A stretch of 27,664 nt of DNA from Thermoplasmata archaeon (GTDB lineage Archaea > Thermoplasmatota > Thermoplasmata > Lutacidiplasmatales > UBA184), in contig JAGWLG010000041.1 of assembly GCA_028864975.1 (NCBI GenBank), positions 1-27,664 of the forward strand, written 5' to 3'. Below, piece after piece: positions 8,782 to 18,489 of the stretch. The notes below the pieces were generated by a model. It was not told the DNA's origin. It saw nothing but the letters and a program-made list of their open reading frames with translations, and ran no database searches. Positions within the stretch are counted from its first letter, which is position 1; every line of letters starts with the position of its first letter. Both the position numbers and the translations under genes were made by a program.

Positions 8782-9155
8782 GCGCCACCGCGACACCGAC
8801 CCCGGGCGCCCCGCGGGCTGCGAGCCCGGCCGCTCCCGCGCAACGGACGGCGCTCCCCACCTCTCCGACCACCCCACCTTCTCCCGTCGTGGTCGCCTCG
8901 TCCCCGACCAACTCGCCCCTCGACAAGATTCTCGCCTCGCTGGGCCAGATGGCCGAGGACCCCTCGCTCCCCCGGAACATCCGGCGGGGGGCCCAAGGGG
9001 CCCGCGAGACCCTCACCAAAGGGGGCTCCGCCATCGACGTCCGCGTCGCCGGGGCCGTTGGGCTCTTGGACGACCTCGCCAACGACTCGAACATCCCCGT
9101 GCACGGCCGAACCGCGATCTGGTCCTTGATCAGCCAGCTGGAGAGCATCCAGTGA
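8778..9155 (+). CDS. UPF0147 family protein with Pro/Ala/Thr-rich N-terminal extension
   Basis: EDPSLPRNIRR...LLDDLANDSNIPVHGRTAIWSLISQLES matches the archaeal UPF0147 pattern. ATGA overlap with the upstream gene. Confidence 0.85.
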   Translation: MSATATPTPGAPRAASPAAPAQRTALPTSPTTPPSPVVVASSPTNSPLDKILASLGQMAEDPSLPRNIRRGAQGARETLTKGGSAIDVRVAGAVGLLDDLANDSNIPVHGRTAIWSLISQLESIQ

Positions 9156-9170
9156 GCCGCACCTTCTTCG

Positions 9171-9182
9171 GAATCGTTAAGG
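9171..9182 (+). promoter_or_regulatory. Candidate BRE/TATA element (GAATC-GTTAAGG) for the tRNA-Lys / rpoH transcript
   Basis: The only AT-rich element between the UPF0147 stop and the tRNA 5' end, about 36-40 nt upstream of it. Confidence 0.45.
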
Positions 9183-9238
9183 GCCGGGCCCCGATGCCCG
9201 CCCTCGGGGCGAACGGTGGGCCCGTAGCTCAGGTCGGT

Positions 9239-9269
9239 AGGACGGGAGCCACCTCTCCCGCCCCGATGG
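9239..9269 (+). other. tRNA intron 1 (31 nt, D-loop position 20/21), relaxed bulge-helix-loop motif
   Basis: Central helix GTCG(9233-9236)/CGAT(9264-9267), 3-nt bulges GTA and GGA, inner stem GGACGGGAG/CTCCCGCCC with one mismatch. Cutting after the second bulge nucleotide on each strand restores the D-loop AGGTCGGTA. An alternative register (9240-9268) is possible. Confidence 0.85.
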
Positions 9270-9308
9270 AGAGCACCCGGCTTTTAACCGGGTGGTCCGG
9301 GGTTCGAA

Positions 9309-9349
9309 AGGTCTCGAAGTCCCTCCGACCGAGGGACGGGGCCCGAAGC
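9309..9349 (+). other. tRNA intron 2 (41 nt, T-loop position 59/60), strict bulge-helix-bulge motif
   Basis: Outer helix CGGGG/CCCCG, central helix TTCG(9303-9306)/CGAA(9344-9347), bulges AAA(9307-9309) and GCT(9348-9350), inner stems GGTCTC/GGGGCC and GTCCCTC/GAGGGAC. Cutting AA|A and GC|T restores TTCGAAT. Confidence 0.92.
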
Positions 9350-9417
9350 TCCCCGCGGGCCCGTCGACCCCCCTTCCCCACGCTCCCCGCTCCGCCGCCC
9401 CGACCCCGAGGTTCCCC

Positions 9418-9789
9418 ATGACCCCCAGCAAGTCCGCAGCGCGCCCGAAGCGATCGAAGTCCGGCACCAAGGGTGCCGCCGCGGCAGAGGAGGCCCCGAA
9501 GCTCCCCGCGGTCCAGCATGCCCTCGTGCCGACGCACGAGGTCCTCTCGGCCGAGGAGTCCCAGAAGGTCCTCTCGGCCCTCGAGACCGCTCCCGAGCGG
9601 CTCCCGAAGATCCTCTACGATGACCCTGGGCTGTGGACCGACCCCAGCTACCGGGCCATCTCCGACTCGGCCGACGGCGCCCGGTCGCTCGTCGGGCGGC
9701 TGGTCCGGGTCCGACGTCCCTCTCCTACGGCGGGCGAGGCCGCCGTCTATCGCGTGGTGGTGGGTGGCGCCTCCCTGCGCGAGGACTGA
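9418..9789 (+). CDS. rpoH: DNA-directed RNA polymerase subunit H (Rpo5)
   Basis: HALVPTHEVLS...LPKILYDDP...RVRRPSPTAGEAAVYRVVV. ATG 9418 follows GAGGT; the longer ORF start overlaps the tRNA. First gene of the RNAP operon. Confidence 0.95.
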   Translation: MTPSKSAARPKRSKSGTKGAAAAEEAPKLPAVQHALVPTHEVLSAEESQKVLSALETAPERLPKILYDDPGLWTDPSYRAISDSADGARSLVGRLVRVRRPSPTAGEAAVYRVVVGGASLRED

Positions 9790-9811
9790 AGGAGAATAAC
9801 AGGAGGGTTCC

Positions 9812-12800
9812 ATGCGCGAGATCGTCGACGGCTTCTTCCGCGAGCGTTCCATCGTCAACCACCACCTGGCGAGCTTCAACGACTTCCTCCCGACCCCGGA
9901 CAATCCGGATTCCCGGATGCAACGGATCGTGGACGAGGCCCGGGTCACCGAGGAGGCCGCGGACCGGGGCATCATCCGGCTGGACGTCCAGAAGACCAAG
10001 AGCTCCATCTACGTCCGTGTCGGCCGCCGCCGAGACGCCCGGGGATACGTCGACCCGAACGCGGAACCGACGATCTTCGTCGGCAGCCCGTTCGTCAAGG
10101 AGCCGGTGGGGTCGAAGCCCACGCTCACCCCGATGGAGGCCCGGCTGCGGAACCTGACCTACATGGCCCCGATCTTCCTCGATGTCACCGTCGTGGAGAA
10201 CGGGGTCGAGCGGGCCCCCGAGCACGTCCACATCGGCGACCTGCCGGTGATGGTCAAGAGCCGCCCGTGCAACCTGCACCGGGCGAACATCGAACGGGAC
10301 ACGGGCTTCTCGCTCTACCCCGAGGAATACCGCGCGAAGCTGGTCGAGTACCAGGAGGACCCCCTCGACCCGGGCGGGTACTTCATCATCGCCGGGACCG
10401 AGCGCGCCATCATCTCCCTGGAGGACCTGGCCCCGAACCGGATCTTCGCCGAGTTCAACGAGCGCTACGGGACCCCCGTGGAGAGCGCCAAGGTGTTCTC
10501 CCAGCGGGGCGGGTACCGCTCCCTCACCGTCGTCGAGAAGAAGAAGGACGGGATCCTCCAGGTCTCCGTCCCATCGGCGAGCGGACAGATCCCGCTGGTC
10601 GTCCTGATGAAGGCGCTCGGAATGAAGAACGACGAGGAGATCTACCAGGCCGTCCTGGGCGAGCTCCTCCCTCTGGACGAGGCCTTCGTCCAGACGATGA
10701 AGCACCTCTTGAACGTCAATCTCGAGGAGTGCACGAGCAAGAAGACCTACCCCCCCGAGGGGATCATGACGGTGGAGGACGCGCTCCTCTTCCTCGAGAA
10801 GAAGTTCGCGACGGGCCAGGCCAAGGAGTACCGCCAGCGGAAGGTCGATGCGATCCTCGACCGAGCGCTCCTGCCCCACCTGGGCGACACCCGGACGGAC
10901 CGCCTCAAGAAGGCCCTCTACCTGGGACGCATCGCCCGTACCGTCCTCGAGCTCTACCTCAAGCAGCGGAAGGAGGACGACAAGGACCACTACGCGAACA
11001 AGCGCCTGAAGCTCGCCGGGGACCTCATGGAGGACCTCTTCCGCGTGGCCTTCACCCTGCTCCTGAAGGACCTCAAGTACCAACTCGAGCGCTCCTTCGC
11101 GCGCAAGAAGGACCTGCGCATCGCCTCGGCCATCCGCCCGGACCTGCTCACCCAGCGCCTGATCCACGCCCTCGCCACGGGCAACTGGGTCGGCGGTCGC
11201 GCGGGGGTGTCGCAGCTCCTGGACCGGACGAGCCACATGTCCACCATCTCCCACCTCCGACGGGTCACGAGCCCGCTCACCCGCAGCCAACCGCACTTCG
11301 AGGCGCGCGACCTGCACCCGACGCAGTTCTCCCGGCTCTGCCCGAACGAGACCCCCGAAGGGCAGAACTGCGGTCTCGTCAAGAACTACGCGCTCTGCGT
11401 CGATGTCTCAGAAGGGTGCGACGAGGAGGAGGTCACCCTCATCCTGCGCGACCTCAACACCCGCGAGATCGGCCCCGAGGTCTTCACCGAAGGGACGCCC
11501 GCGCGGGGCCGCCGGGCCGCCCGGGTCTTCGTCAACGGGAATCTGGTGGGCCTCCACTCGAACCCCGAGGAGCTCGTTCGGGAGATCCGGGACCGCCGAA
11601 GGGGCGGCACGCTCTCGCCCACGCTCGGCGACCAAGCCTACGAGATCAACGTCCGCTACGACAGTGTGATGAACGAGGTCATCGTCAACTCCGACAGCGG
11701 CCGGCTCCGCCGCCCGCTCTTGGTCGTCAAGAACGGTGTCACCCGCCTCGCCCGGCAGGACCTCGACGATCTCGGACGCGGCTCGCTCGCCTTCACCGAC
11801 CTGGTCCGGGCCGGGAAGGTCGAGTGGCTGGACGCAGAGGAGGAGGAGGACACCCTCATCGCCGTCGAGCCCTACGAGCTGGCCGAGCGCTGCCCGCACT
11901 GCGAGAGGGCCCTCTCCCGTGGGGACATCAAGTGGCTCAACATCGGCGAGAAGGCGACCGAGGCGAAGCTGCTCTGCAGCCGCTGTCAGAAAGAGTTCCC
12001 CGTCCCCCTCAAGCTCGACAAGGACCACTCCCACCTCGAGATCGACGCGAACTTGATGCTCGGCGTGTGCACGGGGCTCATCCCCTACGCGGAACACAAC
12101 TCGACGCCCCGGAACACGATGGGCGCCGGGCAGGCGAAGCAGTCCCTCGGGGTCGAGTCGGTAAACTACCGCCGACGCCCGGACACCCGAGGCCACATCC
12201 TGCACTACCCGCAGGCGCCGCTGCTCCGGACCCAGACGATGCGCTACGTCCACTTCACGGAGCGTCCCGCGGGGCAGAACTTCGTCGTGGCCATCCTGTC
12301 GTACGAAGGGTACAACATGCAGGACGCGCTCGTGCTCAACCGCAATGCGGTGGACCGAGGGTTGGGCCGCTCCTCCTTCTTCCGGACCTACCGCAGCGAG
12401 GAGCGCAAGTACCCCGGAGGCCAGGAGGACCGCTTCGAGATCCCGCGACCGGACGTCGCCGGGGCTCGCGTCGACACGGCCTACCGGAGCCTGGGGGAGG
12501 ATGGGCTCATCTTCCCGGAGCTTCAGGTCTCGGAAGGGGACGTCCTCATCGGCAAGACCTCCCCGCCCCGGTTCCTAGAGGAGAAGACCGACCTGCTCAC
12601 CCCGCAGAAGCGACGTGAGACCTCGGTCACGGTCCGCGCGGGGGAGGCCGGGTGGGTCGACTCGGTCATCCTGACCGAGGGCGAGAACATCTCGAAGCTG
12701 GTCAAGGTGAAGGTGCGGAACGAACGGGTCCCCGAGCTGGGCGACAAGTTCTCCTCCCGCCACGGACAGAAGGGGGTCGTCGGCCTCATCGTCCCGCAGG

Positions 12801-13483
12801 AGGATATGCCGTTCACCAAGGACGGCATCGTCCCGGACCTGGTCATCAACCCGCACGCCATCCCTTCGCGGATGACCGTCGCCCACGTCCTGGAGATGCT
12901 GGGCGGGAAGGTGGGCTCGCTGGAAGGCCGGTTCATCGACGGCACGCCCTTCAGCGGCGAGCGCGAGGAGGCGCTCCGCGAGTCCCTGACGGAGCTCGGG
13001 TTCGCCCCGACGAGCCGTGAGGTGCTCTACGACGGGCTCACCGGGCGGCGGATGGAGGCCCAGATCTACATGGGCGTCATCTACTACCAGAAGCTCCACC
13101 ACATGGTCGCCGGGAAGCTGCACATGCGTTCCCGCGGCCCCGTCCAGATCCTGACGCGCCAGCCCACCGAGGGCCGCAGCCGCCAGGGCGGGCTCCGCTT
13201 CGGAGAGATGGAGCGCGACACGCTCATCGGACACGGCGTCGCCATGGTGATCAAGGACCGCCTGCTGGACGAGTCCGACGGGACCGTCCAGTACGTCTGC
13301 GGCAACCCCACGTGCGGACACATCGCGATCCCCGACCACAAGGCGGGCTCGCTCCGATGCGCCACGTGTGGGAACACCTCGTCGATCTACCCTGTCGAGA
13401 TGAGCTACTCGTTCAAGCTGCTCCTGGACGAGCTCGTGAGCCTGGGCGTGATCATGCGGCTGCAGCTCGAGGACATGAAGTAG
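9812..13483 (+). CDS. rpoB: DNA-directed RNA polymerase subunit B (fused Rpo2), with Cys4 insertion
   Basis: 1223 aa; [39 protein letters not shown] and a C-terminal CGNPTCG...CATCG zinc site. GGAGG SD. Confidence 0.99.
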   Translation: MREIVDGFFRERSIVNHHLASFNDFLPTPDNPDSRMQRIVDEARVTEEAADRGIIRLDVQKTKSSIYVRVGRRRDARGYVDPNAEPTIFVGSPFVKEPVGSKPTLTPMEARLRNLTYMAPIFLDVTVVENGVERAPEHVHIGDLPVMVKSRPCNLHRANIERDTGFSLYPEEYRAKLVEYQEDPLDPGGYFIIAGTERAIISLEDLAPNRIFAEFNERYGTPVESAKVFSQRGGYRSLTVVEKKKDGILQVSVPSASGQIPLVVLMKALGMKNDEEIYQAVLGELLPLDEAFVQTMKHLLNVNLEECTSKKTYPPEGIMTVEDALLFLEKKFATGQAKEYRQRKVDAILDRALLPHLGDTRTDRLKKALYLGRIARTVLELYLKQRKEDDKDHYANKRLKLAGDLMEDLFRVAFTLLLKDLKYQLERSFARKKDLRIASAIRPDLLTQRLIHALATGNWVGGRAGVSQLLDRTSHMSTISHLRRVTSPLTRSQPHFEARDLHPTQFSRLCPNETPEGQNCGLVKNYALCVDVSEGCDEEEVTLILRDLNTREIGPEVFTEGTPARGRRAARVFVNGNLVGLHSNPEELVREIRDRRRGGTLSPTLGDQAYEINVRYDSVMNEVIVNSDSGRLRRPLLVVKNGVTRLARQDLDDLGRGSLAFTDLVRAGKVEWLDAEEEEDTLIAVEPYELAERCPHCERALSRGDIKWLNIGEKATEAKLLCSRCQKEFPVPLKLDKDHSHLEIDANLMLGVCTGLIPYAEHNSTPRNTMGAGQAKQSLGVESVNYRRRPDTRGHILHYPQAPLLRTQTMRYVHFTERPAGQNFVVAILSYEGYNMQDALVLNRNAVDRGLGRSSFFRTYRSEERKYPGGQEDRFEIPRPDVAGARVDTAYRSLGEDGLIFPELQVSEGDVLIGKTSPPRFLEEKTDLLTPQKRRETSVTVRAGEAGWVDSVILTEGENISKLVKVKVRNERVPELGDKFSSRHGQKGVVGLIVPQEDMPFTKDGIVPDLVINPHAIPSRMTVAHVLEMLGGKVGSLEGRFIDGTPFSGEREEALRESLTELGFAPTSREVLYDGLTGRRMEAQIYMGVIYYQKLHHMVAGKLHMRSRGPVQILTRQPTEGRSRQGGLRFGEMERDTLIGHGVAMVIKDRLLDESDGTVQYVCGNPTCGHIAIPDHKAGSLRCATCGNTSSIYPVEMSYSFKLLLDELVSLGVIMRLQLEDMK

Positions 13484-13500
13484 GAGGAAGGAGGAGGAAC

Positions 13501-16308
13501 ATGCCACCCACAGGACTTGCCAAGCGCATCCGCTCGCTCCAGTTCGCCTTCCTCTCCCCCGACGAGATCCGCCGGATGGCGGCGGTGAAGATCATCACGG
13601 CCGACACCTACGACGACGACGGGTACCCCATCGAGATGGGGCTCATGGACCTTCACCTGGGGGTCATCGAGCCGAACCTCCGATGCCGCACCTGCGGCGG
13701 ACGGGTCAACGAGTGCCCCGGCCACTTCGGGCTCATCGAGCTCGCGATGCCGGTGATCCACGTCGGCTATGCGAAGGAGATCAAGCGACTTCTGCAGAGC
13801 ACCTGCCGTGCCTGCGGCCGTATCGTGCCGGAGGCCCTCACGGGTCGCGGCGTCGCCTTCAGCGGGATCGAGGACACGGCGGGAGGGTTCTCCCGACCGG
13901 TCAGGGAAGACGTGGCCTGCCCGCACTGCCACGAGGTCCAGCAGAAGATCGTGCTCGACAAGCCCACCACGTTCCGAGAGAGCGGGCACAAGATCACCCC
14001 GAAGGAGGTTCGCGCCCGCCTGGAGCGCATCACTGACGAGGACTGCCGCGAGCTCGGGCTCAACCCCAAGTTCGGCCGGCCGGAGTGGATGGTGCTGACC
14101 GTCCTTCCCGTCCCGCCCGTCGCCGTCCGCCCCTCGATCACCCTGGAGAGCGGGGAACGCAGCGAGGACGACCTCACGCACAAGCTCGTGGACGTGCTGC
14201 GCATCAATCAGCGCCTGAGGGAGAACCGCGACATGGGCGCGCCCCAGCTCGTCGTCGAGGACCTCTGGGAACTGCTCCAGTACCACGTCACGACCTACTT
14301 CGACAACCAGACCTCGGGCATCCCGCCCGCCCGGCACCGCTCGGGCCGCCCGCTGAAGACCCTCGTCCAGCGCCTGAAGGGGAAGGACGGGCGCTTCCGC
14401 TCGAACCTCTCAGGGAAGCGCGTGAACTTCTCCGCGCGCACGGTCATCAGCCCCGACCCGCTTCTCTCGATCAACGAGGTGGGGATCCCGGTCGAGGTCG
14501 CCCGCGCGCTCACCGTCCCGCTCGATGTGACCCCCCAGAACCTCGAGGTCGCGCAGGAGCTGGTGAAGCGCGGTCCCTCCCCCCCCATGGACGGGGGGAA
14601 CTACCTGCCCGGCGTCAACTACCTGGTCCGTCCCGACGGCCAGCGCATCAAGGTGATGGACAAGAACGCCGAGGCCTGTGCCGCGATGGTCACGCCGGGG
14701 TGCCGCGTCGAGCGGCAGCTCATCAACGGCGACATCGTCCTGTTCAACCGGCAGCCCTCGCTCCACCGGATGAGCATGATGGCCCACTTCGTGCGGATCC
14801 TCCCCTACAAGACGTTCCGCTTCAACCTCTGCGACTGCACCCCGTACAACGCGGACTTCGATGGCGACGAGATGAACCTGCATGTCCTGCAGGGCCACGA
14901 GGCGCGCGCCGAGGCGAAGGTCATCATGCAGGTCCAGGAGCACATCCTCTCGCCGCGCTACGGCGGCCCGATCATCGGGATGATCCACGACCACATCACC
15001 GCGGCCTTCCTGCTCACCCACAACGACCCGCACTTCAACGAGGCCGAGACCTGCTACATGCTCTCGAAGAGCAAGCTCGCGATGCCCCCGCCGAAGGGGC
15101 ACGAGAAGAACGGCGAAGCCTACTGGACGGGCAAGCAGCTCTTCTCGCTGACGCTCCCCGAGGACCTGACGGTGGAGTTCCGCTCGTCCATCTGCAGCCA
15201 CAAGAGCGGGGGCGACCCCAAGGAGCACGCGGCGGACGACTGTCTCGTCGTGGTCGAGAAGGGACAGCTCTTGAGCGGCACCATCGACGCGAAAGCCATC
15301 GCGGCCGGCAAGGGGGTCATCCTGGACGCCATCGCGAGGAACAACGGCCCCTCCCGGGCCCGCAACTTCCTGGACGAGATGAGCCGGCTCTGCATCACCG
15401 CGATCTCTCTGAACGGTCTTTCCACGGGGATCGACGACGAGGACGTCCCCGAGGACGCGCGCAAGCACATCGCCAAGGTGATGTCGGACGCTCGGGAGCA
15501 GACCGAGACCCTGGTGGAGCAGTACCGAAACGGCAAGCTTGACCAGATGCCGGGCCGTTCCCTCGAGGAGACCCTCGAGGTGCAGATCCGGGGGACGCTC
15601 TCGAAGGCGCGCGACCAGGCGGGGGACATCGCAGGTCGCTTCCTCGGGCTCGACAACCCCGCCGTCATCCTGGCGAAGTCCGGTGCCCGTGGCACCATGC
15701 TCAACCTGACGCAGATGACGGGGGCCGTTGGCCAGCAGTCCGTGCGTGGCGAGCGGTTGCTCCGCGGCTACTACAACCGCACCCTGCCGCACTTCGCTCG
15801 AGGGGACCTGGGCGCCGAGGCGAGGGGGTTCGTCTCCTCCTCGTACAAGACCGGGCTCTCCCCCACCGAGTACTTCTTCCACAGCATGGGTGGGCGGGAA
15901 GGGCTGGTAGACACGGCCGTGCGGACGAGCCGGTCGGGGTACATGCAGCGGCGGCTGATCAACGCGCTCGAGGACCTGCGCGTCGAGGAGGACGGCACGG
16001 TCCGCAACACCGCCGGGACGATCATCCAGTACAAGTACGGGGAGGACGGCGTCGACCCCTCCCGGAGCGTACAGGGCAAGCCCCTCGTCATCGAGGAGGT
16101 GCTCCGAGAGGCCCTCGGGAAGAAGTACCGCACGGAGCTCGAGCTCCGGGGCGAGGGCCTGGTCGGGACCACCGTCGTGGGCGAAGAGGAGCTGGACCTG
16201 CTCGCCGAAGCCCAGGCCGAAGAGGAATCTGAGGAGGAAGAGGGCGAGGAAGGCGGCGGGTTCGAGGGCGGCGAGGGCGGCGGCGGCGGCGAAGGCGGAG
16301 GGGAGTGA
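13501..16308 (+). CDS. rpoA1: DNA-directed RNA polymerase subunit A' (Rpo1N)
   Basis: CRTCGG..ECPGHFG, FRSNLSGKRVNFSART, NRQPSLH, active-site YNADFDGDEMN, TAVRTSRSGYMQRRL. ATG 13501 follows GGAGGA; 935 aa. Confidence 0.99.
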   Translation: MPPTGLAKRIRSLQFAFLSPDEIRRMAAVKIITADTYDDDGYPIEMGLMDLHLGVIEPNLRCRTCGGRVNECPGHFGLIELAMPVIHVGYAKEIKRLLQSTCRACGRIVPEALTGRGVAFSGIEDTAGGFSRPVREDVACPHCHEVQQKIVLDKPTTFRESGHKITPKEVRARLERITDEDCRELGLNPKFGRPEWMVLTVLPVPPVAVRPSITLESGERSEDDLTHKLVDVLRINQRLRENRDMGAPQLVVEDLWELLQYHVTTYFDNQTSGIPPARHRSGRPLKTLVQRLKGKDGRFRSNLSGKRVNFSARTVISPDPLLSINEVGIPVEVARALTVPLDVTPQNLEVAQELVKRGPSPPMDGGNYLPGVNYLVRPDGQRIKVMDKNAEACAAMVTPGCRVERQLINGDIVLFNRQPSLHRMSMMAHFVRILPYKTFRFNLCDCTPYNADFDGDEMNLHVLQGHEARAEAKVIMQVQEHILSPRYGGPIIGMIHDHITAAFLLTHNDPHFNEAETCYMLSKSKLAMPPPKGHEKNGEAYWTGKQLFSLTLPEDLTVEFRSSICSHKSGGDPKEHAADDCLVVVEKGQLLSGTIDAKAIAAGKGVILDAIARNNGPSRARNFLDEMSRLCITAISLNGLSTGIDDEDVPEDARKHIAKVMSDAREQTETLVEQYRNGKLDQMPGRSLEETLEVQIRGTLSKARDQAGDIAGRFLGLDNPAVILAKSGARGTMLNLTQMTGAVGQQSVRGERLLRGYYNRTLPHFARGDLGAEARGFVSSSYKTGLSPTEYFFHSMGGREGLVDTAVRTSRSGYMQRRLINALEDLRVEEDGTVRNTAGTIIQYKYGEDGVDPSRSVQGKPLVIEEVLREALGKKYRTELELRGEGLVGTTVVGEEELDLLAEAQAEEESEEEEGEEGGGFEGGEGGGGGEGGGE

Positions 16309-17655
<1,347 letters not shown>

Positions 17656-17701
17656 TCACGGCAAGGCTCAAGTCCACCCACGGTAGAGGAGAGGAGGAAC
17701 G

Positions 17702-17992
17702 ATGGACATCGCACACGCGTTGAAGCTCGCCTTGAGCACCGGGAAGGTCAAGATGGGGCTCGAGGAGTCCTTGGTGACCGTGAACCAGAAGCAGGCGAAG
17801 CTGCTGGTGGTCTCCTCCACGTGCCCCAACGAGAAGCTCCTGGCCGAGAAGAAGCTCAACGGGGTCCCGGTCTACCACTACGACGGGACCGCGGCCGAGC
17901 TCGGCGCCGCGTGCGGGAAGCCCTTCCCGATCTCCACGCTGGCCATCCTCGACGCGGGCTCTTCCGCGATCCTGTCGCTCGAGACGGGATAG
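17702..17992 (+). CDS. rpl30e: 50S ribosomal protein L30e
   Basis: LALSTGKVKMG...AKLLVVSSTCP...YDGTAAELGAACGKPFPISTLAILDAGSSAIL; canonical position after rpoA''. Confidence 0.96.
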   Translation: MDIAHALKLALSTGKVKMGLEESLVTVNQKQAKLLVVSSTCPNEKLLAEKKLNGVPVYHYDGTAAELGAACGKPFPISTLAILDAGSSAILSLETG

Positions 17993-18068
17993 GGCGCCGC
18001 ACCCCTTCCGAGGGTCGGACCCCGCGTTGGCGGGATCGCGTGGCGGGGGGGGGACCCCCGACGAAGGC

Positions 18069-18095
18069 GCCCCGGCGTATTCGGGGCCCTTCTTC
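18069..18095 (+). terminator. Possible terminator/processing hairpin after rpl30e
   Basis: GCCCCG(18069-18074)/CGGGGC(18082-18087) stem with a 7-nt loop, followed by pyrimidine-rich CCTTCTTC. Weak evidence, since GC-rich DNA folds readily. Confidence 0.25.
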
Positions 18096-18205
18096 GAGAG
18101 CCGTTTCGAGGATCCTCAGGTGCGAAAGCGCAGCCCTGTTCGTTCGCTCGAGTCGCTCTCGAAGGCCGCCGAAGTGAGCTGGGCCGTCATCGACCAGAAG
18201 TAAGG

Positions 18206-18233
18206 CTTATGGTAATACAAGTAATGCCATAAG
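18206..18233. promoter_or_regulatory. AT-rich 28-bp imperfect palindrome, candidate TA operator/promoter
   Basis: CTTATGGTAATAC-AA-GTAATGCCATAAG has 11 of 13 arm positions complementary and ends 7 nt before the antitoxin ATG. Confidence 0.7.
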
Positions 18234-18240
18234 TAAGACT

Positions 18241-18489
18241 ATGACGACGGTCAGCGTGGGATCGGTCACGACGAAGGGGCAGGTCACCCTTCCGAAGGAG
18301 GCCCGCGACGCGCTCGGGATCCACGCAGGGGACAAGGTCATCTTCGACCTGAAGGGAGACCAGATCATGGTCCGGAAGGTCCGTGGAGAGAGCATCCTCA
18401 CCCTGATCGACCGAATGGGTGACCTCAAGGAGGACAGCTTGAGCTTCCAGAGGAGGTTGCGGCGTGAGTGGACCCACCGTGGTGCTTGA
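18241..18489 (+). CDS. AbrB/MazE/SpoVT-family antitoxin (VapB-like)
   Basis: VTTKGQVTLPKEARDALGIHAGDKVIF is the AbrB fold signature. It ends with the RREW motif region overlapping the toxin start. Confidence 0.92.
   Translation: MTTVSVGSVTTKGQVTLPKEARDALGIHAGDKVIFDLKGDQIMVRKVRGESILTLIDRMGDLKEDSLSFQRRLRREWTHRGA

Larger units (their letters stand above)
9218..9363 (+). tRNA. tRNA-Lys(UUU) interrupted by two introns at non-canonical positions (20/21 and 59/60); CCA not encoded
   Basis: Removing 9239-9269 and 9309-9349 gives a perfect 74-nt cloverleaf: acceptor GGGCCCG/CGGGCCC, D-stem GCTC/GAGC, anticodon stem CCCGG/CCGGG with loop CT-TTT-AA (anticodon 9283-9285), variable loop TGGTC, T-stem CGGGG/CCCCG, T-loop TTCGAAT, discriminator G9363. 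Confidence 0.95.

Noticed and set aside
9310-9344. Extra GAA bulge inside intron 2, suggestive of a nested intron-within-intron splice motif
   Set aside because: The opposing strand has no matching 3-nt bulge without breaking the better GGTCTC/GGGGCC helix, and single-step excision already gives the correct T-loop.
9152-9421. 89-aa ORF and the upstream extension of rpoH (from 9292) across the tRNA
   Set aside because: They overlap a well-supported tRNA gene and have no protein features.
16200-16308. GGC/GAG microsatellite-like run
   Set aside because: It simply encodes the Gly/Glu tail of RpoA'; in frame, with no sign of a phase-variable tract.
18115-18140. CAGG-TGC-GAAA-GCGCAGCC resembles SRP RNA helix 8
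   Set aside because: It lacks the conserved AGCA register after the tetraloop stem, and the 248-nt gap is short for an archaeal SRP RNA with no other recognisable SRP helices. A cmscan would settle it.
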